A DNA stretch of 64,000 nucleotides from Bugula neritina (lineage: Eukaryota; Animalia; Bryozoa): positions 1,995,680 to 2,059,679 of the forward strand of contig OZ037767.1 in the NCBI GenBank assembly GCA_964035545.1. Direction: 5' to 3'. How positions within the stretch are numbered: position 1 is the stretch's first letter; each line of letters begins with the position of its first letter. Position numbers and translations under genes: made by a program. The notes below the pieces were generated by a model. It searched no databases and was not told the DNA's origin. It saw only the letters and a program-made list of their open reading frames with translations. Positions 47,512 to 62,182 of this stretch are shown piece by piece.

Positions 47512-50500
47512 GCATATATTACTACAAAAATCTATTTGTATAAATAATTATTTGCTGCTAGCAAAGAAGACCTAAAATTTAAATTAAAATTAAAAGAATA
47601 AATTTGAATAAATTCCAAACTTGAACACGTATAATAAACAGATATGTAACTTACAAATCAAATGCTAAAAATAAAATCCTTTGATAAAATTTTTATTTCA
47701 AGAGTCAACATGCGATTATTTAGAATTTAAACTATTACTAAATCTAAAGTAATTTAAATTGAATAAAATTATACAAACTAGGCTCGTCCCCTCACGGGTA
47801 ATAAACAACAATCATGCATTTGACATTCAGCATATGATGGTAAAACAGTAGTTGACAGAAGCTATACACGTTTTTGACACTGGGCTACAGGTGCTCTAGC
47901 AAGAAATCTTTCACCACCTAATTTAAATCTCCAGAGAGAAAAGATAATTAAGTAATAAGCAATCAGCGAATTCAGCTTCGAAGAAATGTCACAAGACATT
48001 GATTTGACTTTTACTGCTAGAAAAATCTCATAATTGCAATTCTGCTAAGTCAATCACCTTTTGGTGTTGTAATTGAAAGTTAGCTTTGGAAGATGAGGGA
48101 AAATGTCAAGTCTGATTCCCCCTAAGGTGCTCCCTATTCTTAGCAGTTTGATATTTTCTTTTTGCCACTCGCCTTAACTGAAGCATGCACCACAGCAGAC
48201 GGCTACTTTCCTAAACACGCTATTGTGATGTAACGGCGCAGCAGTTGGTAGCAGGTACTGGGCAAAGACTTCCCGCACTAGAAATGTACTTTAATGACAG
48301 TTGACACGCTAATCTGTGCAAATTCTGACTAAGAGCATGTATTTGATAAATTGAAATGTATCAAAAGCAGTGCATATTTTGTGTTGTGGTTCAAGAAATT
48401 GGTAGCAAAGGTGACAAAAAGTAATTATACATTTATATTGTTGCTCAAATTAAATTGATGACTAAGTTTAACTACTAAACCCTGGAAGTTTTGACCGAGT
48501 TGATCATCTGCCTGTTTAATGGCTATTACTCAAGGTGGTTCTATAACATTGCATACATTAAATTGCAATTTTTAGGTTAATTTTGTCTAAAACATATCAA
48601 TTATTTTGAATTAAGTTATGATTTAGTACCTCTTTTATGTATTGAATATTTTAAGAAACAGGTAACACGTTAATAGATGATGCTTACTCGAATCGAAGGG
48701 AAGTGACAATTTATATAAACTTAAACTGATTTAATTTCATACCTTTTGATCAAAAGGTTTTTACAAATGAGTTTCTTCTGCCAACATTAATTATTGTTTC
48801 CCACTCCAGACGGTGAATAAATTAATATTAAACTTCATTGTCTAAACGAAATCAAATAACTTTGAGCATTTTTATGCATTTACATAATTTCAAATGACTC
48901 CTAGCTTTTGCCTAGACAATGGCACTTCTTAGTAGTTCCTACAAGCATTACGTGAGAGCTGAATACAAGGGCAGAATACAGGGGGGTACTTGAGTGCACA
49001 TCCTTTTGCTTAGAGAAATTCTGCATATGACCTTAAACAAGGCTAGGGTTTAAAAAGACCCAAAAATTCAACTCTAAAAAGCTGGTGTATTGACCAGTTT
49101 TTTGCAATTTTTACAAAGTGTATATCGCTATGTCACTTATAATGCAAGTTACACTTTTAAAATTAAATATAGAAAAACTTTAAAGGCAGTTGTTAGAACT
49201 TTCGTTGGTGCACTAGCTGTAACCGTAATAATTATGTAACTTTGACAACCAAAAGCAATCACAATACGACTTTCAAGCTAACTAATTTTGGTACCAAGTA
49301 ACATAATATTGTCATTTAAAAGTAGAAATTCTTCTTTGTTGAATTGCAAAACTTTTATAAGAGATCTTCAAAATCTTTTATGCATCTTTTCGATAAATCG
49401 CCCAGAGCATTGAATTAGTAACTAATATGTCATGTGGTATAAAGAATAATCAGTGTAGAATGCATTAGCAGTCAATAACGCTGGTGCAATTTTTTATTGG
49501 CTAAACCTTTGGGAATATTGACTACAGAATAAGTAGATTGAATAAAACCAGGCTCAATGGTCTACATGACAATTATCATAATAAACTTGTACAGAGCATG
49601 TCTGTAAGAACAAGGTCAACTTAGCGTTTCCATAAAATATTAATCTAATCAGAGAAAGAAAGAGGCGTGAAGGCCTGCAGTTTCTTTTCCCACAGCACAG
49701 AATTCATAATTAGCCAAATTCATCTCAAAAGCAGTAAAGATAATTGTCCAAACGAATGTGTTGTGATTTCTTTTCTTTTAAAAATCTCGTAACCTGGTAT
49801 TTAAGTGCAGTGATCAATAATAACACTGGTAGGTGCTCCAAAACACCTAAATAATAAATGACGGGCTGGGCACATGAGAGTGCCTTAGGTAGCGCAGTGT
49901 TGACAAAGATGCTTTCTTTAGTTTTTTTGTTGTAACAGAGTCTACTAGTTTTATGGAAACTTAAATAAACTATTACTTGCAAAATAATTTATGTCTTCCT
50001 CACTAGAATTAGGCTAAAAACTTTATAGGTTAGTTGCTTTTTTGCTGATATCATAGTGGTAACAGCATTTTATAGTGTAGGATGAAACAAAACTTGATTT
50101 ATCTTTTTCCTGTCCACTCGACTAAGACATGGGGAGCTCGAGAGTTGCATCATTTTTAAATCAAGGTAATATGTTTGACAAAAGAAAAGTGACTTAAGTG
50201 AAATTGAAAGTTAATGAATTTTTACCCACCAGTGAATTAGCTTCATTACATGTTAGAATCTTATAAGTTTTGTTTACAAATAGAGATACGTTCAAAAACC
50301 ATATTATTTTATAAGAAAATTATGTTTACTACCGGCAAAAATATAAGCTCAATTTTCATGTATATGTTGCAAGGGTGGGTGATGACCCACTTCCTAACGT
50401 TGAAAGTATAGGAGTTCTAAGGAAACCTTACTACTCATTATAGCTGCCTTCAGTCTACTTATAGGAACTCAGCAGACTGGAAAAAGCTGATTGACAGTTG

Positions 50501-53334
50501 AAGTATAGCTTCCTGGGCACCAGAATGAAATATCATATAAGGTGTGATATTTTTAGGCAAGTGCTACAAGAATAATATTAATAGCTCATTAATTTAAAAG
50601 ATGCAAAGACATTTATTCATGTCATTACCAATTATTCTAATGGTAATTGGTGTAAGCTTGCATCCTTTGAGTCTGTATAAGATATAGAAAAGATATTTAA
50701 GATATGCTAAATGAAACATTTAATTTAAAGTCTAAAGTAAAATTAGCATATAGATTTTTAGATGGTTGTTAAATATTGACACATCTATAAGGTGTGAAAT
50801 TAATTATAAGTTGCCAAAATTAATGAAAAGTAAAATTAAATTCTTTTATTTATTTGAAATATATTCAACAACGCTCTTTCATCTCAAATAAAAATATGTA
50901 ATTTATACATAAATTAATTTGCCAAAATTTTCACGCTTTTCTTATCAACAGATTATTTTTGGTCTACTTTTAGAATGACTTTCTAGTCTGCCATATAAAA
51001 AGATGCACTTCATTATACTTGATAATAGTTTCAACTTCATCTTGATTAATGTATAAATGTGTTTACAAATGCATCATACATATCTATCCGTTAGTGTATA
51101 TATGTATGTACATTCTGGGTACAAATGAAATAATATAGGTTTTTGTTACAGCAGAGAAGGTAACAAAAGGTTTGAGGTTGCATAACAAAGAATATAATTT
51201 GCATCGATTGAATAAAAACTAATTTTTAGAAACTGTTATGAGCTTTAACATAGAACTACACTGATTTTCTTATGGGCAGCAACATCTGGTATTAAAGTGT
51301 GGAGATGTGACACAAAGATTAGAAGAATTTAGTCTTATGAGGCTTCAGTATTTTCTATCAACTTTTTATGTTATGGAATTGCTCTCAACTTCTAGAAAAG
51401 ACATTGCAATGCTCCATAATCTTAGTCACCTCTCTTGTTACTGATGTGCTTATTATGGAGTGGATACCAACCCACCCGTTAGATAGAGAATTTGGCAGAA
51501 TTAAATTTACTCGCCTAACTAGCTGTCAGCAAGTGATAAATTGATTGACTGGACAATGCTGCAACCTCGTTCCAGAAATTCTTTGAATTCGAGAATAGTC
51601 ATCAACATAAAATTATAAAATTTACTTTTAAAAGAAAGCTGTTTGATTGAGTTTGAGTGGAGCTAGCTATTCTGCCACATATTAGAAGAGAGGGAATAAA
51701 AAGGGAGTAGACTGTATATAATGCCAAGTTATTTGACATTATGATAAACACACTATTTCCACTTTCTAATACCAATAAGGTATAAAAGGTTCAACCCTTT
51801 TAAGTTTTACAAGAAAAGAATTCAACTGGCTAACTATTGTAAGACACTCTGTGTCTTTAAATGAAAGGCATTCACCATGTGACTTTATTGAGATGACATA
51901 GCAAAATACTTCTTAGAACTTCACCATTCTTACATTTCGATGCATCATTTTTCTCAAATCATCTTTTTGATAAATCTTGGCCCTTGCACCAATTTTTAGA
52001 GTTTCAAAGATTTTGCATTAAATAATTTTTTGCCTTTATTTAAATCTTTCTCGAGTGCCAAAATATTTTCTAGGTCTTTATAGACCAAGGGTAGCTACAA
52101 GTCATAAATACATTTATAAAATTTATTACCTTGACAATTTATATTCAAATACTTGCAATCTTTCCAAAGAAACTTTTTTTCCTGTTTCTAAAATTAACTT
52201 TTTAAGCCATATTTATCAATTTATCAAAATTAAGCTTTCAGCATACTGAAGATGAAGACTTTTGCCGCAAATATATAATTTAATGTCAAAATCTTTTTAA
52301 CACAAACCTCAAGCAAGCCAACCTATAACAATCTCAAACACTCATTGCAAAACTTTCCTTATTCTACCTATAATTTTGCTCAACCTTTATTCTATTTGAT
52401 AGATTTCTACTCAGCTATTTTTATCTTTCCTTCAATCTATGCTTAGCATTGTTGCATTGATTTACTGACTATAGTATTACAAAGTGAGTGCCACTGTTTA
52501 CACTCTACAAAGTTATGAACAACAATTAGTACAAAGAAACTGACAATAATGGCACGTGCTGTAAAACATAATGCTATATATAAAGCTGTCTGTAGTCAGA
52601 ATGCTGTCATTAGCTAATTCATTACGGCAGCAGTAGACAGTTAAAACCTCTTCAAGGATTATCACGATATACACTCTTTGGCTTCAATCCCACCTTACCA
52701 ATTTTGAACAGGTAATAAAGTTACTTATACTCATAGTATTTGCTCATGCTTAAATGCATTCAACCCTTGGCTGTACATATGGAAGGCATATTTATTTTTT
52801 ACGGGTTGTTGTTTACTTGCTAATAGAGAGCTAGCAGAAAGAAACACAACTAAACATATAAAATGACAAATTTGTCATGAAAGATTGTAATCTTAATGAG
52901 AGATGCCAGCCTTGCAGTAGGCCAACTCTACTAAAAGCTGAACAATGTTCTTTAACTTTAGAGGTACTAATTTATTATAATTTGTCTAGCTTGTCATATT
53001 GCCTTCAATAGATAAATAAACCTCTAGCCCAAAACTGCACGCTAACTTGAACAGTTGCAGTCTGTCTAAATCTTGAAAAAATTAGGTTAAAAAATTTTAT
53101 ATTTCAAAGAATTTTGAATAAATTAAAAAGTAAATAACTGGAAGACATTTGGCACAATTTTTTTTATTCCATCTGCTTAGAATGTCAGAAAATTAAATAA
53201 AGAACCGAAAATTAATTTTATGCGCACGTTTGAAAGCTACATAAAACATATAGTAGCTCAGCCCAGCATGTATTATAATAGAATATCTTTAACAATAGTA
53301 TAGCTACGAGTTACTAAAGTTTATAGTTCAGAAT

Positions 53335-53377
<43 letters not shown>
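53335..53377. repeat. (TA)n microsatellite
   Basis: Direct reading. Confidence 0.9.
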
Positions 53378-53379
<2 letters not shown>

Positions 53380-55474
53380 AGTCAATATTTCTGTTGACTC
53401 ATCACAACCTATAGTGACTCATCTTATTTATCAGATAAGAAATAATGTTAATTTTTAATGCAGTTCAATAACTGAAAGATAAGAATCTCTTGGAATCCCT
53501 CATCAACTCCGGTGACCGTGAGAAACTGTCTTATTTTACTACAAAACTTGGCAAACATTTTTGATAAGTTGCATGGGCAAACCAAAAATATAAACTACTT
53601 CAAACTTCTTATAAACAATTATGTATTTTCTTTTAAAAATACTTTTGACACCAATTATGTGAGACCTATATAAAATACGTCAGTATTATGACTGTGTTTA
53701 CAAAAACTTATATACTAATTTACTTATTACAATAATCAAAGGTTAGGTTTTCTCAGACCAGACTGAATAGTAAAATTACTTGCAAATTATATTTGTTGCT
53801 GAGAGAACCTACAACAGAATATGATTTAGAAATCTTTCTAAACTAGGTCAAACCCTGATACTACAAGAACAAATATACACTAGTTTCTGGTCTCTTTTGT
53901 TTAAAACAGGTATAATTAAATGGACAAAAATAGAATGGAATTTTTTGGACTTAAAAGAAAGGCATTCCTTTGATAAACTTTTGGTGAAGAATAAATTTTG
54001 GCAGCTGTTTTTCTCAATATACGCCCGCCTTATTAACACTGACTATAAATTCAACTGTCAATCTAGCAATAAGGTGAAGAAAAGTTTATTTGAGTCCTGG
54101 CCAATTGTTACTAGACATCAATACCTATATCCTGTTACACCTTAGAAATCTGAATATTGTATTTAAACAAATGAAATAATCTCGCGTCAAAAGCTGAAAA
54201 ACTTAAAATTCAGGCAACTTAATGCCATAGGCATTAAGCATAAGCAGTGCAACAGCAAACAGTTTTAACAATGCACTAAATAATTCATTTGAATCTACAC
54301 GTATTTTTTTTTGTTAATAAACATTTAATAAAATAGACCTGATAAAGATAAGTTAGTTCTAAAACGTTAGTAGAACAAATGGTTGTTTCCATTGTCAGTC
54401 TGCAGTAGATTTGTTTGTGTAACTGCATCTTTAGGTGTTTACAGGATAAATCACTTTCTTGATGACATGTAGTAGCTGGTCTATTACATCATTCACTCTG
54501 CACCTGTCAAACTGTTGCTGTTAAAAGCAAAGTTGTTTGTCAAATTCAAGAAACTTATTCAGAAAGTGCTATAGCTTACTTTAAATTAAAGCTATATATT
54601 TGTAAAATACTAATAATATTGTCGAAGTGAAATTAAAATAAAAACATATGTTATTCACTGCAATTTATAAATGGATAGTCCTAGAAAAAATCTATTCTTG
54701 ATCGGTTTAATTCATGCTGGCAAAAGACTGTTTCTTAATATATAATTTATTAAAAAAATAGTAAACAGGATTTTAAAGTTCCCCAAAGCTGCCATAAATA
54801 CTCTAAGCAATGGTGAACACCACCAGCCTAATTCAACTTGCTTTAAACTTCATTCTCTGAATGTTTAGCTAGTTACCTTCAATCAGTTTACTAAACAGCG
54901 TTTTACAAATTCCCGCTAGATTTTTTTATTAATGTTGAGGATAATCAATGCTGTTATAGTCCCGTGACTAAGGGAGCGCAACTCCCAGTATTGTATCAAA
55001 TAAGATTTATTGCCATGTAATGCATCCCACTGAGCATCCAGAAAGATCTTCTCTGACATAACTAGTAGTATTAGCAAGTATTATAAATCAATATATTAGC
55101 AAATATATTAAACATATTATATAATATTATATACACGAGTAATTGAAATATAAATTCATACTGTAACAATATTTTCGTTATTTATAACATGAGCTCTGAA
55201 GTTATTTTATTACCTGCAATCTGCAAGCATTACTTTTGAATTACTTTGTATACTGGTAATTTATTATGAATATATAGGACATATTATATTCAAATGTTAT
55301 ATACTATTTAAATTTATTCCGTAACACGTAAAACCTAACACCCAGCTAACACTTCACGTTTAGCATCTGATACTAGTGTTACAGTTTAGACTAACTATGC
55401 TGGAAAATAATATTATGGCAGAATTCAAATAAACTTTAATAACAAAAAAAGATAGAATTAGTTGAACAAAATGG

Positions 55475-55626
55475 TAGAGAGAAGAGAAAGAGGGCAGAGG
55501 TGAAAGGAAAGGATAGAGGAGGGCAAATGGGGGGAGGAGGTGGAGGGGGAGGTAGATGGCAGGGGTAGAGGACAGGAGTAAAAGGCAGGGGTAGAGGGCA
55601 GGGGTAGAGGGCAGGGGTAGAGGGCC
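55475..55626 (+). repeat. Purine/G-rich tract with 13-bp GGCAGGGGTAGAG repeats
   Basis: Multiple G3-G6 runs in an otherwise AT-rich region. Confidence 0.8.
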
Positions 55627-58600
55627 GGTTAGAAGGGCAATGCAGGAATCCTATTGCCCAAATAGATGTTATCATTTATAATATACATGATAATTACTTG
55701 ATCTATTTTCTAAAAGCTCTCTAAGCATCTTCTCAGCCCATAAAAGTGTTGTGAAATCAGAGAAGAGTAGGTTTAACTGATTGTTAACATTTCAATTGTT
55801 GTTTGAAACTTGCTGGAAAAAAATCCAATTTTTCCAACAATATAACTTCTTTGTACATCAATTAGAATTGGTGACTTACACCTTGTTGCTAACTTACATT
55901 GCGAGCTAATGGAAACAGGAATGGCAAAGTTTTTGTGCCACTGTTTCTTGCTTGTGAAGGAGTTATTTACTGGCTACTTAAATCACATCGGTTAACTTAA
56001 AGTCATGTCAAGTACACTTCAAGTAGCAAGTTTACAGCTACCTTATCAGTCAAGTTACTCTATAATGATTATCATACCCTAACTACATCTTAGATATTTC
56101 TCTTCATTTGCCTCTCCCACTACTCCTAGCCTGTTCACATGCTTTTATCTTTCATTACTTTATCAGCATATTTATTTCAAAATAAAGTTTTTCATAACTA
56201 TTTCTTGAGAAAAGGACATGCTTAAAAAATTCTTTAAAATTTAGCTTTGGATCAATTTTACAAAACATTACAAAGCCATTGATCCGTGTAATATCTATTA
56301 ACATATTTTGATAACTAGCTTGACAATATGTCATTATATAATGTCATCATTCTTCTCTCCTTTCCCCTACTTATCACACAATAGTAATTGTTCATTATTA
56401 TTCTTGTCAAATATTAAGATGTCTTGCATGAGAAATGATTGCCAGATATTAAGATTGCTTGACTTCCACAAGTTATTCATTTCAACTGGGCGGATCAACG
56501 CTAACCTAGAAAGTTACGTAAGTATTTGATTAGCATCGAATCAAACTTTCATACAACCATTGCAATTAATTTCTATCGGTTTTTGATAACTTTTCATTAT
56601 ATACCTCTCTACTTCATATTAGAAGTTACCGCTTATCAACTTATATGAGGTGAATTTGGAAAAATATTTCAGCTTGAGCTCTAAACTAAAACAAGATGAA
56701 AGTTTTGATAACTACATATTTATGCTAAAACATATTAACTGAAGAATCCAAAATAAACTTGTAGTTCTTTTGAACAATAAGTCTCATATATTATCAGAAA
56801 ACTCTATAGTAAAGTTTCAAAATGGACTAATAACTATTTAGCTCCTTTCTTTAGACTTTTTGATATATAAATAATGACATATTAATAAAAAAACCTATAG
56901 TTAATTAAAATAGGGAGATATAGTATTAAACAAAGCAACCATGCATTTCATACGGCTAAGGCCAGCTAGCAGTAGCATAAAATATATATAAGCTGTCCAT
57001 TCGTTGTGGCCTACATTGCCAAGAGATATGAAGTACACACATTGAGTTTGTCATAAACTGCAGCATAGTAGAGAGTTGGAAATCTTTAGCTAGTAGTAAA
57101 TGACATATAGACAGTGAGCATTGTTTTGAGTTAACAATTCCTGGATTATAGATAAATGCTTATGAATACTTGATAAGACTTGACATACAAGAGATAAAAC
57201 AATATGAACTGTATTATAGTTGTTCTTACTATTGCATTAGATTTCTTCCATCTAACGACATGTTAACTTACAAATTTTCCCATAAATGGTTTTATCTTGG
57301 ATCTAACTATGAAAAGTAATAATGGCTACATTGTCATTGATAAGACAGAATAATGAGTAATGAAACTTAACTGATGGTTGCATCCGTTACATAAGAGGCA
57401 ATGCTGTGATATACTTAACAGAAATTAAGCAATTTCTTTTCGTTTTTAGATACTTTCAAAAATAAATATTAATTGCTGCTTGTTTCATAAAAGCAACTTT
57501 ATTTACCACTAATATGAAGCATTATTTTCATTTGCAGCATTTAATTGTCCCAATATTTAAAGTTACAGAATGGGGTAAACTAGGCATCATATTTGGATTT
57601 TAAATTTTGTTAAAAAGTTGAATTATATTTTCTATTTAAGGAGCTGTAGTAAATTAAATAGTCATTAAGATAAACACATAGGCATAAATAATTTTCATTT
57701 AATTGCAGTCTAAGCTTTAAGCATTTGCATTATGCTTATTTGTATTAACACATATTTATAATCTATAAAATTGGGTTCTTTAAAAAATATGCATCTAATT
57801 TGGAGGGGAAATTGAATTTCAATGCTCAATTTGATACCACCAGCCTATAATGAAGTGGAGCTAAGTTAAGTTAAATGTCGTTTGACTACCCAAAAGTTTT
57901 GCAATAGGTAACATTCAATTGTAACCACCCCAATAAAAACCAAGAAAAACATGAAACTCTGCTAAATCTTAGTATAGTTGTCAGGGGTTGATCTCAACAT
58001 GCACTTTACAAACTTGTTGTAAAAGTTCCCCCTTTGCTTAAAAATTAGCATATCATATCTGATGAACCAATATTTTATTTTAGTGCAACCTTGACATATA
58101 ACATGTCAGATCTCTATTAGACAAGCAACTGCATAAAAGAAATTGCCAAATTTAGGCTGTGAGTTTCCCATAAGACTGTTGCATTGCTGTTGACTGCAGC
58201 CTACGTCTAATGAGATGCAAATAAAGTAGTCAGGCCTGAACACATGTGTTACACTTATTGCTAAATATAACCAAGTGTGTGCGACAGATAGAGTGTAAAC
58301 ACAAACAGGATGCTACATGATGGAATTTCGCAATTCATTCTAATTTACTGCATCACACATTTCTACATCTTGTGGCTGTACGTTGACCCTAGACTCTTCT
58401 CACATATTGTGTAAGGATACATTCTATAAACAGCTAGCAAATGTTTCCTGGTGTTACCATTATTGTGGAATGCTAGTGGAATATGTTAAGCCCTCTTCTT
58501 GCCTCTTCATAGCATGTTATTTTCCTTATGTTGGGTTATGTTAGTAACCAGGAACTTGTGGTATAAAACGTTGGTTCACACTCTAAGGCATTTTGCGGCA

Positions 58601-58700
58601 GCATAAGATATTTTGTAGCAGCATAGGACTAGTCTAGTACCGGGCATCTTAGGCAGTACTTATAAAGTAGTATTTACAGCTTATTTTACTAGGGAGCTTA

Positions 58701-58791
58701 CAGCTGTAGTCTAGGGGGTAGAGTGTTTGGCTTAGTAAACATGGAGTCATGGGTTCAAACCCCAATAAAGGCTTGTTAGGAAGAGCATCCG
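58701..58791 (+). mobile_element. tRNA-derived SINE relic (same family as 45701-45800)
   Basis: TAGTCTAGGGG...GGTTCAAACCCC...TGTTAGGAAGAGCATCCG. Confidence 0.65.
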
Positions 58792-58862
58792 ATGATCCTA
58801 AGGAGTTGTATTGAGTGTACGAAATACATTTTAGGGCTATTCTACAGTTCTAGCTCTATTTT

Positions 58863-58937
58863 CTTAGCACTTAAAGCTCATTGCTATAGCATATCCCTTA
58901 GCACTTAAAGCTCATTACTATAGCATATCCCTTAGCA
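58863..58937 (+). repeat. 34-bp tandem duplication (2.2 copies)
   Basis: CTTAGCACTTAAAGCTCATTRCTATAGCATATCC twice, one mismatch. Confidence 0.9.
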
Positions 58938-60760
58938 ACTTGCATGCTGAATATTATATACATTTATTCATTCTAATACTTAGTTTGATTTACAAGTGTC
59001 TTATGTCGTATTGCATGCAGCAAGAAGCACCTGTGATTGAGTCATTTTCTGCTGAATATAAAGTTTATGACAAAAAGTTTCGCACCAAGCAAAAATTCGG
59101 TAATGTGAAGTTTACGACCTTCTATTACATAAAATTAGAATTAAAAATATATATTTTATATTCAACGGAATAAATTAATGCTTGAGTAAGGTATTTGGGT
59201 TTGATTCATTAATATGTAACCTTCAGCGTGTCACATATGGTCATTGCAGGTCCAATCTTTATTGCATAACCAGACACAACTTATTTATGCTGATCCTGTT
59301 TTGAGCTGTTTAAATGCTGTTGAAACTTCATTGTTTATTTTTATCATTTATAGCAAACTATAAATACTTATGCCAGTGTGTAGGAGATGTGAGTGCTAAC
59401 TAAGTAAAAGTCAGGTAGAAATTTGCTGCTTGGGTTCGTCTATTATCGTATAGCATTTTGTATGATTGTGTGAACCCACATCTCGATCATGCTAGACAAA
59501 CACTCTGTATCAAGTTTGGTAAAGCTTTAGCAAAGGGCGTTTATAAGTCTTTATTAACACACTTTTTAGTAAACAATCTACTAGATATCTGTATATGAAA
59601 TTAAAATAACATTGCTTTATGTTTTTAAAGAAGCAACTGTTAGTGCGTATACAAATAAAATCACAGAGCACGGGTAAGTGTAAACAAGCACAGGTGTAGA
59701 AAAACAATGAAATTTTAGATTATAATTAAAAGTGTAATACAATGTTTATAAAACTATTCTCATAACAAATACTCTAAAAATAGAGTTGATTAAAAACTAA
59801 AAATAAAACGTTAACTTGGATGTATGCATTAGCAAGACTTGGTTGCTATAGCAACATCGCACTACATTATTACATGACATTTCATTGCTTATTAACTGTA
59901 GTGATATTGTTTCAATACTGTCTGATGACGAGTGCTGATTGGCTGAGGGATAATTTTTATCTTAAATGTACTAGATAGTATCCACCGACCTCACAAGTGA
60001 GTCGTCTTCATGGAGTACCTGTTTGAGATCCAAAGCTGTTACTTATAGTTAGACTCAGTAGTTAGAGTTACCACTTAGAGTTAGTATTTAGAGTCAGCAG
60101 TAAGAGTCAGCAGTAAGAGTTAGTAGTTAGTAGTTAGTAGTTTAGATAGAGCAGACAGTATTCACACGGATAAGCTCCATCACTACCATAAATGTAAGTA
60201 CAATCTCTGTACGCTATTTAGTTACTTACTGTAAGTATGAGAAATAAACTATTAGGTCAATACAGTGCATTTTTCTATGGTAATATAGTTTTTAAATTTG
60301 CTTTACCAGCAACTTTGCCAACTTGATGATTTATAATTATGTTATGTTAAATGTTATTATTAATTAAGTACTGCAGGCATTGGTGATTTAAAGCAACATT
60401 CCACTTAAAACAGCTGGAATTTCTGCATATCAAACTCTAAAGCCACTAACAAGTATTGCTTTTTGTATCAAAAGTTAAAAATAGATTAATAATCATAAAG
60501 TAGTTAGTAGTGATGAAGCCTGAACAGCTGTTTTATTACTAAGTGTCAAAGTCTAGTTTAATTCAAAGTAATATGTAATAATTGTGTTGCTTAGGTTTTT
60601 TAATAGTCAGCATATTGTTATGTTAAAAAGTCCCTTGCTTGATGACTTTTAACTGGCAATAGTATCAACATTTGCTAAAGCCAACACTTCTTGACAAACT
60701 GCTACTGTCATTATAATTTGAGTATATTTGTAATGCTTCCTGTGAGTGTATTAAGCTTCA

Positions 60761-60969
60761 ATTCAATGAAAATATGTAATTCAATGAAAAGATGTAATAC
60801 AATGAAAAGCTGTAAGTCAATGAAAAGCTGTAAGTCAATGAAAAGCTGTAAGTCAATGAAAATATGTAATTCAATGAAAAGATGTAATACAATGAAAAGC
60901 TGTAAGTCAATGAAAAGCTGTAAGTCAATGAAAAGCTGTAAGGTAATGAAAAGCTGTAAGTTAATGAAA
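60761..60969 (+). repeat. 18-bp minisatellite with 90-bp higher-order period
   Basis: About 11 CAATGAAAAGCTGTAAGT units; the variant pattern repeats every 5 units. Confidence 0.9.
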
Positions 60970-62182
60970 GAAAGATGGTCTCAAACCATCAAGAATCATC
61001 TGCTTATTCAAACTACTTGAACAACACTCTTGTATTTGTAACCAACTTCTTGTTCATTGTGACAACCAGTACCAGTACAAGTTTTGATGCCACAATATTA
61101 ATCATAATAAAGCTTGGAAGATCAAATTTCAACGTTTTTAATTTTTTCAAAAATTTTTCTTTACAATTAATGAGAAATGTGAAGTATTCTTTTGGTTTTA
61201 CTATAATTTATTGCCCGCTTGCTTTTAGATTTTTTTCCACCTGCTCTGCAACCACGGCAAGTGTTTTGGTATTGGGTATGCTTGCTTAGGAGTGTGGCTA
61301 ACTCTAAGGAATTTTATTATAAATTACAAACAATTATTGAAAGTACCAGAACTTTTAGTAGAGCACCAAAATGGTTCTTTCTGTTAGCCAAACAAGTTAT
61401 TAAAAATATTTAGTAATGTCACCTTTCGTTATCGCGTTTTTGAAACAAAAAATGTGAATGTACTTTAAAGTTTGTAGAAAACAAAATTAAAGATAATAAA
61501 TTAGTTTCTAAAACTGTCTTCAAGAAAATTGTTATCGTACATCACCATTTAAAGGAAGTAAAACATATAATTAGATTGATGGATTGTTGAAAGTAACTTG
61601 TTGATTTGTCATCAAACAAGGAAAATTCAAAAAGTAGTTTACATCGCAATAGATATATCAAACAGCAGTGCCTATTAAATCACTCGATATGATTGGTATA
61701 GGGGAAGTTGCTACAGAAAGCCAAGTTCCTATAGGAGCTAATATACTTTTCAATAATTAAACTGAGCTAAGTGTAGCCCATCTGCGAAAGTTTATCTCCT
61801 CATAAGGTGTTACTAAAAATACTTTTAAAGCAGACAACCTATTGCTATAGATGACTATAGAAACAGGGTTACTACACACAAGTTACCATATCAATAGAAA
61901 TGTAATTCAGCAATAATTGATATTATCTAGCGGAATGCACTGAAATGAGTCGAGTTGGTGCCAAGTTTTACAAATGTGCCTCTCAAGATTTTAACTCATT
62001 TTATATAAATACTTCCATTGTTTAAGGAGATATCAATTGCCAACACACTATACATTTACAGGTTCATTTCTATCAGTTAGATTTAACTCGAAAACTTTTT
62101 GTTTTAGAAAAAGAGCTCTTGAAAAGATAAGAAGTGGATAATTGGAGTTGAAAGGATTGAGATAGAAACCTAGGTAGCTGCG

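Noticed and set aside
60691-61020. ORF with MKSCKS repeats
   Set aside because: Translation of an 18-bp minisatellite; TTG start and no unique coding context.
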